DNA of 64,000 nt from Klebsormidium nitens (lineage: Eukaryota; Plantae; Klebsormidiophyceae). Positions 1 through 12,630 of the stretch are shown piece after piece (position 1 is the stretch's first letter; the number at the start of each line of letters is the position of its first letter). A model generated the notes under the pieces. It did no database searches. It was not told the DNA's origin and saw nothing but the letters and a program-made list of their open reading frames with translations. Where the stretch lies: NCBI GenBank assembly GCA_000708835.1, contig DF237464.1:1-64000 (forward strand). The letters run 5' to 3'. The translations under genes were made by a program, and so were the position numbers.

Positions 1-194
1 AACGATGTTCTATGCCATGACAAAGGATTGAGCGCCAACGCCAGCAACGCCTGATCTCTACCCTCAATTCAGCCATCTGCTCGACTTCCTCACTCACAAA
101 TCACGTCGTCCATGCTCAATCATTCCCTAGTCGGCTTCTTCCGGTAGAGTCGTAGAATCTGAAGTCGTATATTCGAATGCACTTGAGTCCGCGT

Positions 195-3100
195 CTACAC
201 CCGCGGCTCCAGCTTCTGTACTTGCGATCTAAACGGCATCAGCTTCCGTGAAAGCGACAGGGGCACGTAGGCCTGCACCAGCGTACCCTCCTCCAGATAC
301 TCCTGGACGAGCAGAGAATTGAGGGATCAGGCCAGCCTTCACAATGCTTGGCGTTCAAAGATGGTGAATTAACGCAGCGGGCCTCCAGCGTTCGCATAAG
401 ACTGAATGTGTCTATGTGGAAAGAGAACGACGTTTGGGGTGGGCTCACCTCCGACTCGACGACCCCCAGGCGGTGGATGACGTCCAGGAGGTCGCCATTC
501 CGGTACGGCACCACCGCCTCCACGCGGACCAGCGTGTCCTGCACACACCGCACCGCGCCACTCAGCATGCACAATGACGCAGATGCCCGTCGAGACCACA
601 GTGGGTGGGAGGAGGGGCAAGACAAGCGGAGCGCCCATTTTGCACCGCTGAGTGCATGCGTGCAGCCTATGTACGGTGCAAAGAGGCGTGCGTGCCGCGT
701 GGGGCTGGGTGCGGCTGGGCCGGCTGACCTTGATCATGGCCTCCACGCAGTCCAGGAAGGCGGGCAGGCCGTACCCCGTCAGCGCCGAAATGGCCACCGT
801 GTTCTCGCGGGCCATTGCCTGGGCGATCACACGCAGCGGGTCCGCCACGCGGTCCACCTGGACAAGCATGCCCACCGCGAGCTCAGGGGCGCAAAACGAA
901 GCTTCCTGGGCGTTAGAACGCTGGCGAGACGCGAGCAGCCCACAAAGACCGAGCCGCACCTTAGGCCACAAAACGGGCAACCCAATCGTGAAGAGACTAA
1001 GTCCAGGACGGCGTCAGAAGAACCCCCAGCATACGGCACGGCTTTGGGGCGGCGGGTTGTGCGCGCACCTTGTTCCAGACGGTGAGGATGGGGATGTGGC
1101 CCACGTCCAGGTCCGCCAGCACGGCCTCCACGGCCGCCACCTGCGGCCCCGCCATCGGGTGGCTCACGTCCACCACGTGCAGCAGCAGCGACGCCTCGCT
1201 GATCTCCTCCAGCGTCGCACGGAACGCCGCCACCTGCACGGTACCCACGTACCAGGACAGGCAATCAGGGCACGCAAACGGGGTCGTATGCCACCACCTT
1301 GAGAAGTTCCAGCAGCCTGTCGAGAAGTACGTCCGATACGAGAATAATCGTCTTCACAATCGACAGGGGCGAGACAAATGGGCGTCGTGCAGGTGGGCTT
1401 ACGAGCTGGGTGGGCAGCTTCTGGATGAAGCCCACGGTATCGGTGAAGAGCGTCTCCTTGCCGTTGGGCAGGTTGACCCGGCGCGTCGTGGGGTCCAGCG
1501 TGGCGAACAGCTGGTCCTCCGCCAGCACGCCCGCGCCGCTCAGCCGGTTCAGCAGCGTGCTCTTGCCCGCGTTCGTGTAGCCAACCTGCACTCAACACCG
1601 CAGCCTCAGCCAGGTCGGCCGCCCCTCGCACAACGACCTCCCATGCGTGCAGCTTAGCAGACGCACAAGATCAAAAAGAGAAGAAGAAAGGTACAAAAGG
1701 TGCAGCAAAAGTTAGACAAAACTCATACATCCTTCAAGCATCTGGAATGCGCTTACAGCAAAAACCGTCTATGCAAGCTGGCCGGCTTTCTCTTAGAAAA
1801 ACTTCGAACACGGCAGCATGATCCTGGGGCCTCGACCTGCTGCCGAGGTAGAGAAGCTCGATACATCCAAGGTGATACATCGGGCGGCCTGTCCAGTGAT
1901 CAAGGGCAGGGGCGACCGCGCACCAGGGAGATGACGGGGATGGGGGTGGCGGCGCGGCGGTCGCGGTACTGCTGCCGATGGTCGCGCACAGACTCCAGCT
2001 CCCGGCGCAGCTGCGTGATGCGCGTCTTGAGCAGGCGGCGATCCACCTCGATCTGCTTCTCACCCATGCCCTTCACCTGGCCCCCTCCGCTCTGCCGCTC
2101 CAGATGCGTCCACATCCTGCACGCACACACAGCCGGCACCAAGACGTCAGGGAGACAAAAAGCATCGAAATATGAAAAGGCTTAACAGCACCCGCATGAC
2201 CAAGAGGATAGTTGGTCCCGGCGGCTGGATGCGGGTGCTGTCAAAAAACAGGAAGCTAAGAAATCAAGTTGGACAAACACTCTATGGAAGCTGAAAACAA
2301 GAAAGAGAGACAGGACGTCTTCCTAAATTGGAGCATGCATTATCCCCTACACTGCTGACAAGGCGTACCCTAACGGACAGTCTTATCGATCCACATCCGG
2401 CACATGGTGCCGTCGTCAGCGGGTGCGCACCGGGTGAGGCGCGGCAGCTGGTACTCGGCCTGCGCCATCTCGACCTGCAGCTTGCCCTCCTTGGTGGCTG
2501 CGCGCTGGCTGAAGATGTCCAGGATGAGCGCCGTGCGGTCGCACACGCGCACGCTGTCGCCAAACACCTTCTCCAGGTTGCGCAGCTGGCCGGGGGACAG
2601 CTCGTCTGGAACACACGCCACACAGTCCGGCCATCAGCTAGAAGGGCTCCGAGAAGAGCCTGCAGAGAGCCCTGCCTCCTTCAAATTGCGTCTCATATCT
2701 GTGCTGCCTGTGCTGACAGCGTGGAAGGCCTTCCGATAATGCCGATTCAGCCCAGATCTTTTCTTTACCTCCCGAATGTCCTCAAAAGACAAAAAGAGGA
2801 AAGAACATCAAATCGCATCAAGATGGATGCAAGTTTCCTTACGCAATTGAGTGACTCTGAGTTCGACACAAAAGAACGCAAGGCCACAACGGCTCACTTT
2901 CTCGCAACTTGTTGTAGCAGCCAGACGGCCACTCCAGGAAAGGAGGAATGCGAAACATGAAGAACAACCGAAATCAGTGTACTTTGGCCTTACCATCAAA
3001 CACGACAGTCTCAGCGCCGGACGCTTCCACAGCCCGCGCAATCTCATTGATCTTGCCGGAGCCGACGTAGGTCTTGGGGTTGGGGTGTTCCAGCTTCTGG

Positions 3101-4151
3101 TGCGTGGTGCCCACGACGCGCAGGCCCGCGGTGTCGGCCAGCTGCGCCAGCTCCTCCAGGCTGTCCGCCACGGTCCACCCCAGGCTGGCCGCGCCCTTCT
3201 GGTCCACGCCCACCAAAAACGTGCGCTCGTAAAACACCTGCGAAGGATGCAAGAACAGTGGGCCATCAGCCCGGCGGCAAAAGAGCATCTCAAAGCGTTG
3301 AACTGATCTGGGAAGTGCTTGCAATTCAGATTAACTGGACCTCCCTTGCTCGCTGATTATGTAAACAGGAATTTGGCTCGAGTATTTTAGAAATCCAAGT
3401 CTACTCAGCGAGCTTGCGACAGACACAGGGGCTAGCCAGCACGGTCAAGATTCTCTTCTTGCCAGTGTGTTGGCCAATCGCAGCCAATTACCTCCCGCCC
3501 GCTGCTTGTCTTCTTGAAGCGCCTGTCGATGTCCTCCTCCTCTTTCAACTCATCAATGACCGTGGTGCCGTCCAGCCCCGCCAGCAGGTCCTCGACGCTC
3601 TCCTCCGGCTCCTCCTCCAACGCAGCCCCCTCATCCACGGCAGGGCCTCCGTCCATGCCAGAACTGCTGTCAATCTCGAAGTCCCAGAAAATCTTTTCGC
3701 CCGTATCCATGAGTGCCGAAATTGGCCCATTTTCGGGCCTACCGTTCCGTGCTTCTGACGGAGCCCCAGGAGACGGCTGCTCTGGCGTTTTGCCTGCCAC
3801 CCTGGGACTACTGCTGCTCTTTTCCTGGGGCGGCTCATTCCCAGCTGAGGCTGCCCTGGTGGGCAACTGCTGCCAGCCACTGCCGGTGTTGCTACTTCTC
3901 GCCCTTGCACCGCCCCCTGACTGTCGCAAAGTGCCAGTTTTAATTGGGAAAAGCTCCTGCCTCAGCCACGCCGCAGGAAAATCCTCCTGCAATTTTGTCC
4001 CTTGTCTCCTGTCTCTTACGGATGTTGGGCTCGGCGGGGAGCATCGTGGAGAGCTGGATGCATGGCTGCCGCTCTGAAGCCTCTGGGCGATAGACACAGA
4101 ACCTGCATGACACGAAGCAGCACGAAAGCCAGCAGAAGTAACGAGCGCCAT
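195..4151 (-). CDS. hflX: GTPase HflX, probably chloroplast-targeted; 9 exons, about 648 aa
   Basis: Exons 3492-4151, 2994-3237, 2431-2605, 1924-2116, 1403-1585, 1069-1233, 729-857, 449-538 and 195-302 are all GT-AG, and total 1947 nt in frame. Motifs: [37 protein letters not shown]1 [13 protein letters not shown]2 [10 protein letters not shown]3 DTVGF, G4 NKVD. The Ser/Ala/Arg-rich N-terminus resembles a transit peptide. Confidence 0.95.
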
Positions 4152-4715
4152 TTTGTTGCTCCGAAGTTGATCGCCTTGAATCAGAACTATGCTTCTCAGA
4201 CTTGTTTGCAGGCGACCTGATTTTAATAATCTTGATTCTTGGTGGCACCAGCACCTGAGGCTGGAGCACTGTCCGTCTAAACAACCGGCTCGCTGATTCA
4301 CTGCTGAGCTTCAGAACAGCGACAACTTCTTGCCGTATCAAGAGCAATAGGGACGCCACGAAATGCTGCACAAGCCTCCACTTCGCAAAACCGGCAGCTC
4401 ACCGTGTCACGGCCCACGGGACCCGTCCGCTTTGCCTGGTGGGCTCTGAAAAGACTTACACATTGACGATTGAGTCAAGAAACTTGAGAGGCAGCTCAAG
4501 ATGATGATCAGCCTTTTCAAGCTTTTGACTCCGAGAACTTGCAAATTGCAGCTCAGCTGTGCAGGTGGTGCAGCAGAAGGAGGCTCCAGTTGCTCCACAG
4601 GCTCCAGCTAGCAAGCAGGGAGTAGTATAAGCTAGGAAGCTTGCCAGCAGCCTTGCGAACTGCATGTAAGTTTTGTGTGGCTACTGCGTGGAGGATTTGC
4701 GTAGATTGCATCACA
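4152..4715. promoter_or_regulatory. Short divergent (probably bidirectional) promoter region between hflX and the M3 peptidase gene
   Basis: Head-to-head start codons at 4151 (-) and 4716 (+) lie 564 bp apart. No specific motif was identified. Confidence 0.5.
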
Positions 4716-7700
4716 ATGGGGAACAATCAATCCAGTCGCATTGAAGAAGGCGATCCTGATATCTCTGAGGCAGCCCCTGATGATCTCCCCATCCTGATTG
4801 CCCTGGATGAAGATGCAGCAGCGGTCCAGCAACGGGATCACAAAGAAAGGAGGAGTCACTTGGGGTTTGGGGCAGCACTTGTTGCAGCATCAATTGGCGC
4901 GGCATTTGTGTGGCATCAAAAAGTGCAAAAGCAAAACCGGAAACAACAAGGTGCTTCTTCCTTCTGAAGTCCACATCTTCAAAGATACAGGCACTTGAGT
5001 TGGACATGCAGAATTGACTCGATTTGTTGCAGGTTCATTGGTTCATTTGAATGTTTGCGGTTACACAAATGGGGTCTAAACATCTGTGGGCCTCAAGCTG
5101 CCCAAGTTGTCACATCATACGGGTATACCTACATTTGCTTCTCACATGGCAGGCCAACCAAGTTTTTTGAGGCCCTGCTGCTCACACCACCCTTGCTTTG
5201 CGCTGTTCAGCTTCCTATGTTGGCAACTTTGGAAAAGACAAGTCCATCAAGATCCGCTTTGATTACACCCCCAGCGAGATTGAAGCGGAGGCGAGGAAGC
5301 TCATTGACCGGTCACAGAAAGTCCATGACGCAGTGGCCTCCATTCCTCTTGAAAAGGTGAGCAAGTGGTGATGTGAACTATCAGCCTTGTTGCACTCTTT
5401 GGGGAGTAGGTCAAGTCCTCTCAGTCTGGTCAGGCTGAAAAGGACATATGATGCACAGCTGAAACCTGAGTTTAATGAATCTCAATTGTTCGCTGGATAG
5501 AGACCATGCCAGTGAGGTGGTTTCAAGCTCAATACTTCAAACAGAAGTTGACATGCTGGGAAAAGCCTGTGGATCGAAAAGGCAGGGGGGGCACAGTCTA
5601 GTTTCAAGGCTTCACAGGACTCTATCCGATTTGACATACCGCAAACAGTTTGTCTGGATCCAGTTTCACGTACCGCAAACAGTTTGTCTGGATACACAAA
5701 ATCTCCTCTGATGCTGCTGGCGCGAGTACGCATGTGTTATACTTTTGACATTGAGCGACAAATCCTATTTTAGAACACATGCTGCCATTTTCCAGGTGAC
5801 GTACGCTTCCGTGATTGAACCACTTTCCAGAATAGAGGGTGAAGAGTACCACGTCCTCCAAGCGCTTACCTTTCCAGCTCACGTGTCAAGAAAGAAGCCT
5901 GTGAGAGATGCGGCCATTGCGGCTGAGACCAAGTTGAACGCGTATGCCGTCAGGAGTAGCATGCGACTGGACGTGTACCAACGGGTGAAGGCCTTCTCAG
6001 TGAAGGGGGAGGAACTGAGGACTGAAGAGCAGAGATACGTGGACAGACTGGTAAGGTCACAGTACCAAGTCGATTGAGGTAATTTGGGCGAGCCATTAAA
6101 CCTCAACCTTTTCTTTGGTGAACGACATGTCTTCGTGTTGTAAAACGGGCGGTTTGTGCCGATCTGAGGCTGAAACTATAGATCGAGCGAACTTGACTGA
6201 CATCTGCACCATCCAACCTAAAAGTCCAGGAATCCCTTGTCGAAAAGCTACCTTCTTGGGTTCCAGAGCCTGGCCTGGCTTGTAGTCTGGCAATCCGAAA
6301 CGAGTCGACTCAAGAAAACCTTTCTGTCCAGACCGGATTGTAACCTACATTCTGTACAAATTCGAGCACGAAACCCATTACACTGGCTATGTGGATTGCT
6401 CCATCGAACCTACAAGAAGAGTGCCGCATAGCCGCGGAAAGTTCGCACCCCGCGGTCTTCCTCAAGCTCTTCTGGCCTACGACGTCTTTGTGTGTGCCTG
6501 TTGCAGGTGCGTGACTACGAGCGGCTGGGCCTCAATCTCGATGCGGCCACCCGGCAAAAAGTGGAGGCGCTCAAGACCCGCTGCGGAGAGCTGTCCATCA
6601 ACTTCCAAAGAAACTTGAACGAGGAGAACACGATCCTGCACTTCACAGCAGACGAGCTGGCGGGCATGCCCCACGACTTCGTCAAGGTGCGATATCCCGC
6701 AAGCTTTGAATTAACCACCCTGCTTCGCTGACGGATTCCTCCACTGAATTGGCCTCTGGCGTCGTCCTGCCGCCGTGTGCTCACTCTGGTGCTCGCCGCT
6801 CCTGCAGGGTCTGAAGGCGGTGCCAGGCGAGGCCGGCAAGCTGGAAGTGACCCTGCGCTACCCGCATGTGTTCCCACTGATGAAGATGTGCAAGGCAAGT
6901 CGCCGACGTCACTTTCGAAGCGCCACCTGTTCCTCTGAAGTCGAGTGGCGAAATCTGCATTTCAAAGACCTTCCAAAGACCGAAGAGACGTGTTGCAGTA
7001 AATGTCTTGGCGTCGATGACGTGTGCCTGGACAACGACTTCAGATTGTTGTTGCATCGTTTCGTCCGACGGGTGGCCAAGCCTGCGCTCAACATCTGACA
7101 CACAGTCCGTCAACATAACTTCCCGGTGATCCTTGTTTTCAAGCCAAGACTGATGTCTTCCTTGTCAGGTTGGGGCAACGCGAAGAAAAGTCGAGTACGA
7201 GTTCAACAGGAGGTGTATTTTTGAGAACGTGAAAATCATTGAGGAACTGGTAAGTGAAACCCGTTCAGCGTCCACAAGTGTGCTGAATTTCTTTGTCAAA
7301 TTACCATCCACATCTTACAGGAAGTCCCTTGTTCACGTTTCGGAGCTTACCCTGGCAAAGTCGTTGAGGTACTTCTGTGATGACCATAACTCTGATGGAA
7401 AGGAGAGGAACTGTAGTCGAACGTCTTTTTGGCAAGGCTAACGGCAGCCGTCTCGACCCAAACTGCTCTACCCAAGATCTTCTGAGGCCAGCCCTGCTTT
7501 CAGCGTTGATTTGGTGGTGAGTTGGCAGCAACTCAGAGATTTCTGGTTGTTTGCTCAGATTCGGCTCCGCCACGAGCTGGCCACGCTGCTGGGCTACCCC
7601 ACGCATGCCGCGTACGTGCTGGACGTGCGCATGGCCAAGACCCCCGCCGCGGTGAGAGCTGCTGTGCTGCCAGGAGATCTGCAGCTGGGCTGCGCAACCC

Positions 7701-10700
7701 ACAGTCTGTGGGGGCTCGCCTGAAGCTGTACCTCTCTCTTTCGCTAGGTACTGCGGCCCACGCAACAATGTGTGCTGCAGGACTTGTCCGGTCGTCTGCA
7801 TGTGCAGTGCAGTAGAGACACGCTTCGTTAGGATGAGAGTGTCGAACCCGCGTATGCGTCCGTCCGTGGTGCAGGTCCGGAAGTTCCTGGAGGACGTGTC
7901 GGACAAGATGACCTCGTTGGCGGACAAGGAGCTGCAGCAGCTGAAAGCGCTCAAGGTACGTGCGCAGGGCCTCGCACGCTGCAAAAATCTCCATCAAAGG
8001 CGTGTTCGGTTGCTTAAACGACGAGGCAACGATGGAGCAAGTCGACCTTCTGTATCCTCAGCTCTGGCATCGTTCTATGACGGGGTTGGTTTGGCTGGTT
8101 GCAGCGCGCGGAGGAGGGCGAGGCGGCGTTGAGCATGGCGGACTTCCGGTACTACATGCACCAACAGGAGGAGCGCCACTTCAAGATCGACCACCAAAAA
8201 ATCAAGGTGCCCCTCCAGCAGCCCGCCGCCGCCCCTGTGTCCGTCTCCTTATGTTGGCTCCCTTTGAAAGATCCTTCGTTTCATCCAGAATGCTTGGCCG
8301 GTTGACTAACTTTTTCACAGTCTGGGAGACTATAGCAGAAGCGCATGCCCTCATGCATTCGATCGTTGTCCGTGCAGGAATACTTCCCCATGGACAAGGT
8401 GACAGATGGCCTTCTCAAGATCTACCAGCAACTGCTAGGTGAGCGCCTTTGCAGACTGCTCCACCGGTCTGCTCATCGTACAGTGTCGAGGAGGAACTGC
8501 TCTGATACCCCATAATGGACCACCGGCGATGCGTTCGACTGCTAGAGGCTCGCTACCACTGCTTTGGACCCTTTTGTGTGCGCGCAGGGCTGCAGTTCAC
8601 GGAGGTCTCCTCACCGCACACATGGCACGAGGAGGTGCAGCTGTTCTGCGTGCACGACGCGGCGAGCGGCGAGAAGCTGGGCTACTTCTACCTGGACCTG
8701 TTTCCGCGCGAGGGCAAGTACGGCCACGCCGCCGTCTGGCCCCTGCAGAAAGGTTGCACCCGCAAGGACGGCTCCCGCCAGGTGCGCCCCACCGGGGCCT
8801 CATCCAGCACGACGCACCGCGGCACCGGGCTGCTGCTGAGCTGTGGGAGGCTCCAGCCTGAAAACGTGGGACACAAAGCATGGGCAGGATGCGGCAAGGA
8901 GGCTCTTTGAGCGTGGTGGCAGACACGAGGCCTTCACCCAGTCGGGAGATGCCGCAGTCATCTGGCTGCAGTCGAGGATTGAATCTGTACCCATCGTGGT
9001 TGTCCTCTGCTGTGCGCAGCTGCCGGTGGCGGGCATGTTGGCCAACTTCAGCCGGCCCACTGCGGACAAGCCGTCGCTGCTCGCGCACAACGAGGTCGAA
9101 ACGTACTTCCACGAGTTTGGCCACGTCGTGAGCACCACGGCGCCAACAACCAAAAAGGCTCTTGCGAAGATAAACTTCGTCAAACATCTGACTTTCCAGC
9201 AAGCTACTGGGGAGTGCACGAGTCTTGCAACGGTGGTCGTGCTTGTTCCAGCGAGGACAATTCAAGAGGCCATCTTTTTGGCCTATGCCAGCTTCGTCCC
9301 GCTGGTTAGTGGAGCAAGATTGCAAGTGCAGAGCGCACGTTCACCCCTTTTGGTTTAAGCCACTGGGTCCAGCCGCGCTGTGTGGTGCTCACACGTTGCA
9401 ACTCTGTCGGCTGGTTTTAGACCCTAATGCGTGAACCTTGGGGCTGTAATCCGCAGATGCACAACATATGCAGCCGTGTTGAGATGGCTCGCTTTGCGGG
9501 GACGAGTGTCGAGCGGGACTTCGTGGAGGCTCCCAGCCAGATGCTGGAGAACTGGTGAGGAAACACGGCCTCTGGCGTGCCTCCTCGTCTATTTTCGGTG
9601 GTCCCTTTCACATGCCAAGCCGTGTCAAAGTTCACTCATTACGTACGTTCGTGCTCCGCGTGTCTGATTGCGACGCCCAGCCATAGAGCGTTGGCTTGGA
9701 CCGTCTGGGCAAGCCAGTCTGGCGCATTGGGCCTGCATAGCTTTGTCTTCCTTAGTCCTTCTGGTTGAGTATTTTCACTCATCGGAACTCGTGTCTCTAT
9801 ACGTCTCTCACAACCTGGATCCGAATCTCGTTGTTGAAAAGCAGGGCTTCAATGGCTCTTGCTTGCAGGTGCTGGGAGAAGGCGTCTCTGCGGTTGATGA
9901 GCGGGCATTACCGCGACGGAAGCCCGTTGCCGGAGTCTCTCCTGGACACGCTGATCAGCACCAAGAAGGCGCACGCCGGCCTGCTCTGCAAGCGGCAGCT
10001 CTTCCTGGGTGAGCCACGTGGCAGAGCGGGCCACGATTACATGTCTGTCAGCACGATTGCGTGGTGGGTCGATGTCGATTCAAGATCAAGAAGGATTTCT
10101 TCGCAGAGCCTATTTAGTCGGGTAGCAATACCAGATGTCCATTGTAGCAACCAGGTTCGGCCCTTTCTGATAGTGCGCTTCGTCTCCTTCCCAGGGCTGC
10201 TCGACCAGACGGTGCACACGCGCGCACAGGCCGACACCGCGGCCGTCATCCAGGAGCTGCATCCCAAGGTACGCCCGCGCATGCCCCCTGCCATAGCCGC
10301 CAACAACGCGCATCCGCTCGAAGTTCCTTTGTTCCTTGACGTATGAGCTATGAGGTATAAGGTATGAGGCATGAGGCATGAGAAGTGAGGTATGAGGCAT
10401 GAGGTATGCGCTTGGGATCTAGACTTGACATCGCTCAAATGCATCGACGGTCCTGGCTCCCGGGTTCGACAGCGGGGCTGACCCGCCCCGGTGGTGCAGG
10501 TGCTGGCGGGCATCCCCGCGACGGCGGGCACCAACATGCTGGCCTCCTTTGGCCACCTCGCGGGCGGCTACGACGCCAGCTACTACGGCTACATGTGGAG
10601 CGAGGTGCGCCGCACGCCCCCGCTCTATCGAGATTTCGCCTGCGGCACGGGCCATGGGGGCCTAGGGCCAGTGGCCGGCACCTTCTGATGACACAAAAAG

Positions 10701-10988
10701 CTGCGTTATCTGGAGGGCTCAACTCGTACTGCCGACGATTTTCGCGCTTGAACACTGCTTTCACCATTCGCAACAGATTCGAAAGCGTTGCATCCTGTGG
10801 TGCAGGTGTTTTCTGCTGACATGTTTGCGACCAAGTTCGCGAAGGACGTGCTCAGCCCGGCAGCCGGCAAGGAGTACCGGGACAAGATTCTGCGGCCCGG
10901 AGGGTCCATTGACGCTGCGGACATGCTGTGGGACTTCCTCGGACGAGAACCCACCGAGGCAGCCTTCCTGGAGAGCAAGGGGGTCTAA
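4716..10988 (+). CDS. M3A metallopeptidase (thimet oligopeptidase/neurolysin-like); 17 exons, about 740 aa
   Basis: Exons 4716-4950, 5211-5356, 5796-6050, 6507-6686, 6808-6894, 7169-7249, 7559-7651, 7875-7955, 8105-8206, 8378-8438, 8588-8781, 9020-9127, 9457-9554, 9869-10008, 10195-10268, 10500-10604 and 10806-10988 total 2223 nt in frame. Motifs: zinc site [64 protein letters not shown]. Confidence 0.95.
5637..5693. repeat. 23-bp direct duplication in an intron (period 34 bp)
   Basis: TACCGCAAACAGTTTGTCTGGAT occurs at 5637-5659 and 5671-5693. Confidence 0.9.
6895..7168 (+). other. GC-AG intron in the M3 peptidase gene
   Basis: The donor is AAG|GCAAGT and the acceptor is TTGTCAG|GTT. Splicing gives MKMCK|VGATRRKVE in frame, as expected for the family. 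Confidence 0.85.
10342..10408. repeat. Intronic heptamer minisatellite, (YATGAGG) x ~9-10
   Basis: tatgagc tatgagg tataagg tatgagg catgagg catgaga agtgagg tatgagg catgagg tatg. Confidence 0.9.
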
Positions 10989-12630
10989 ACCCGGCCACGC
11001 ACGGAAGGGCCGCGAGGCAAGAGTCACTAAGAAGTAGCTGGGTTGCCGTTGAATCAGGGTTTGACATGCGAGTAGTGCCGTGAAGAGTGGACTGCACCAT
11101 CATTGCACGGATGTATAGTTCCGTTACAGCTTTGAGAAGTAATAGAAGGGCCGTCGACCTTGAACGCTTTGTTGAAAGATGCCCTTTAGACCTCCTAAAC
11201 ATACTCTGATTTGGATAGATAAATACAAGCCGATATTCTGCGTTAATATGCAGAAGGGTCATTGCAAACCACTTAACACGTTAGCAATTTGAGATAGGCC
11301 GTCATGGAGTTTTCCATTTTGAACGCCGCATTTCCGGGCAATGTTGCGTGCGGGAATGGCGCTTAGCGCTTCTTAGCCGTATAACTAAGGCCGCACTGAA
11401 TTGGTCCATCCGCGCTTACATGGAAGATGATTGCAATGATTGTGTGGTTACACGGCAGGTATCCTGGCTGCCCGGCCTGGTGATTCAAAAGCGCTACCTG
11501 GCGCGACGCTTTGCGCAGCTGTGCTGCAATATTTGCCGACTCAGTTTGACTCATGCTTGACGCGCTGCATGATTTTCGGGAATGTAGAGATGAACACGTA
11601 CTTAGCATCTCATATGGTGTCATATAAGCACAAGCTAAGGCCAGGACGTATGTTTTCATGATGACAGCATACCCATTCCGCAGTTTCTTTAACGCGCGGG
11701 CCGGATGACCGTACCAGGACCAAACATCATGCAAACAAGCGTGGGCACTATCCGAGCAAACGCAGCCAGTGCACTGACTTGTATAGGTCCTTGACGTCGA
11801 CGTTTCAGGTGCTGGTTTGCTAGCTCACTTTGCAATAAGCGGCCATGCAAGCATTTGCTACGTCGCTCTTTCCAGTTTTCGGCGAGACTCTCACAGTAAA
11901 CTTCTAATGCCATGTCTGTTGTGCGAGGTCGAAGACCAGCAACTTACATTTTTGGTACTTATTAGGCAGGTCTTGTCGATCTGATTGCATTCCGCTCAGG
12001 ATAGTCATTCAAATGTAGCAAGACGAATGATTGTCAGCCACAAACATGCTCGACGTGATACGTGTCGACTTCAAACCCTTTGAATGAATCCAATTCGTCC
12101 ATGTATCCACGTGACTAATGGATACAGACGTGAACGTGGACTTCGCTCACTAAGTATCGTCACAGACTGACCGCCAACTCAAGAAGTAGATCTATGTACA
12201 AATTTCTGCTCCCTGGAACCCCCCTCTCTACAGACGGGCGTTGTCTAGAACAAGAAGAGACGACACGAAACAAGGTTCTTGCCAGTCCCGCACTACATCT
12301 CTCGCAGCACTTGTCCATCGCCGATGGCTTCTCCTTGCAGCTGATTTGCTTGACCGGATTGCAACGTTCTGCAACGACCAAGTGAATTGTTTAACCAGTA
12401 CGTTACACACATCGAACAAAGTTCGACTTCACCACGTTATCTGCGATCATAAGTTTGACATGGCAATATGACAAAAAACAAAGAAACTTGTATCAACAGC
12501 ATAGTTTAGTTGCCGAGCCTTTGTTGCAAGCGAATCAACCACGTCTGGCCCACTTCAGCAACCTACACAAAGGTGCCCCGGTCAGCTACCCACTGAAGTC
12601 TCACCTGTTCGCCTCCGCTGCCGTTTCCTC

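Noticed and set aside
195-4151. Bacterial origin or contamination suggested by HflX and the PEP-mutase-like gene
   Set aside because: Both genes have multiple spliceosomal introns and transit-peptide-like N-termini. They are ordinary nuclear genes for organellar proteins.
10332-10340. U12-like branch motif TTCCTTGAC in a peptidase intron
   Set aside because: The intron has a U2 donor (GTACGC), and the motif is about 160 nt from the acceptor.
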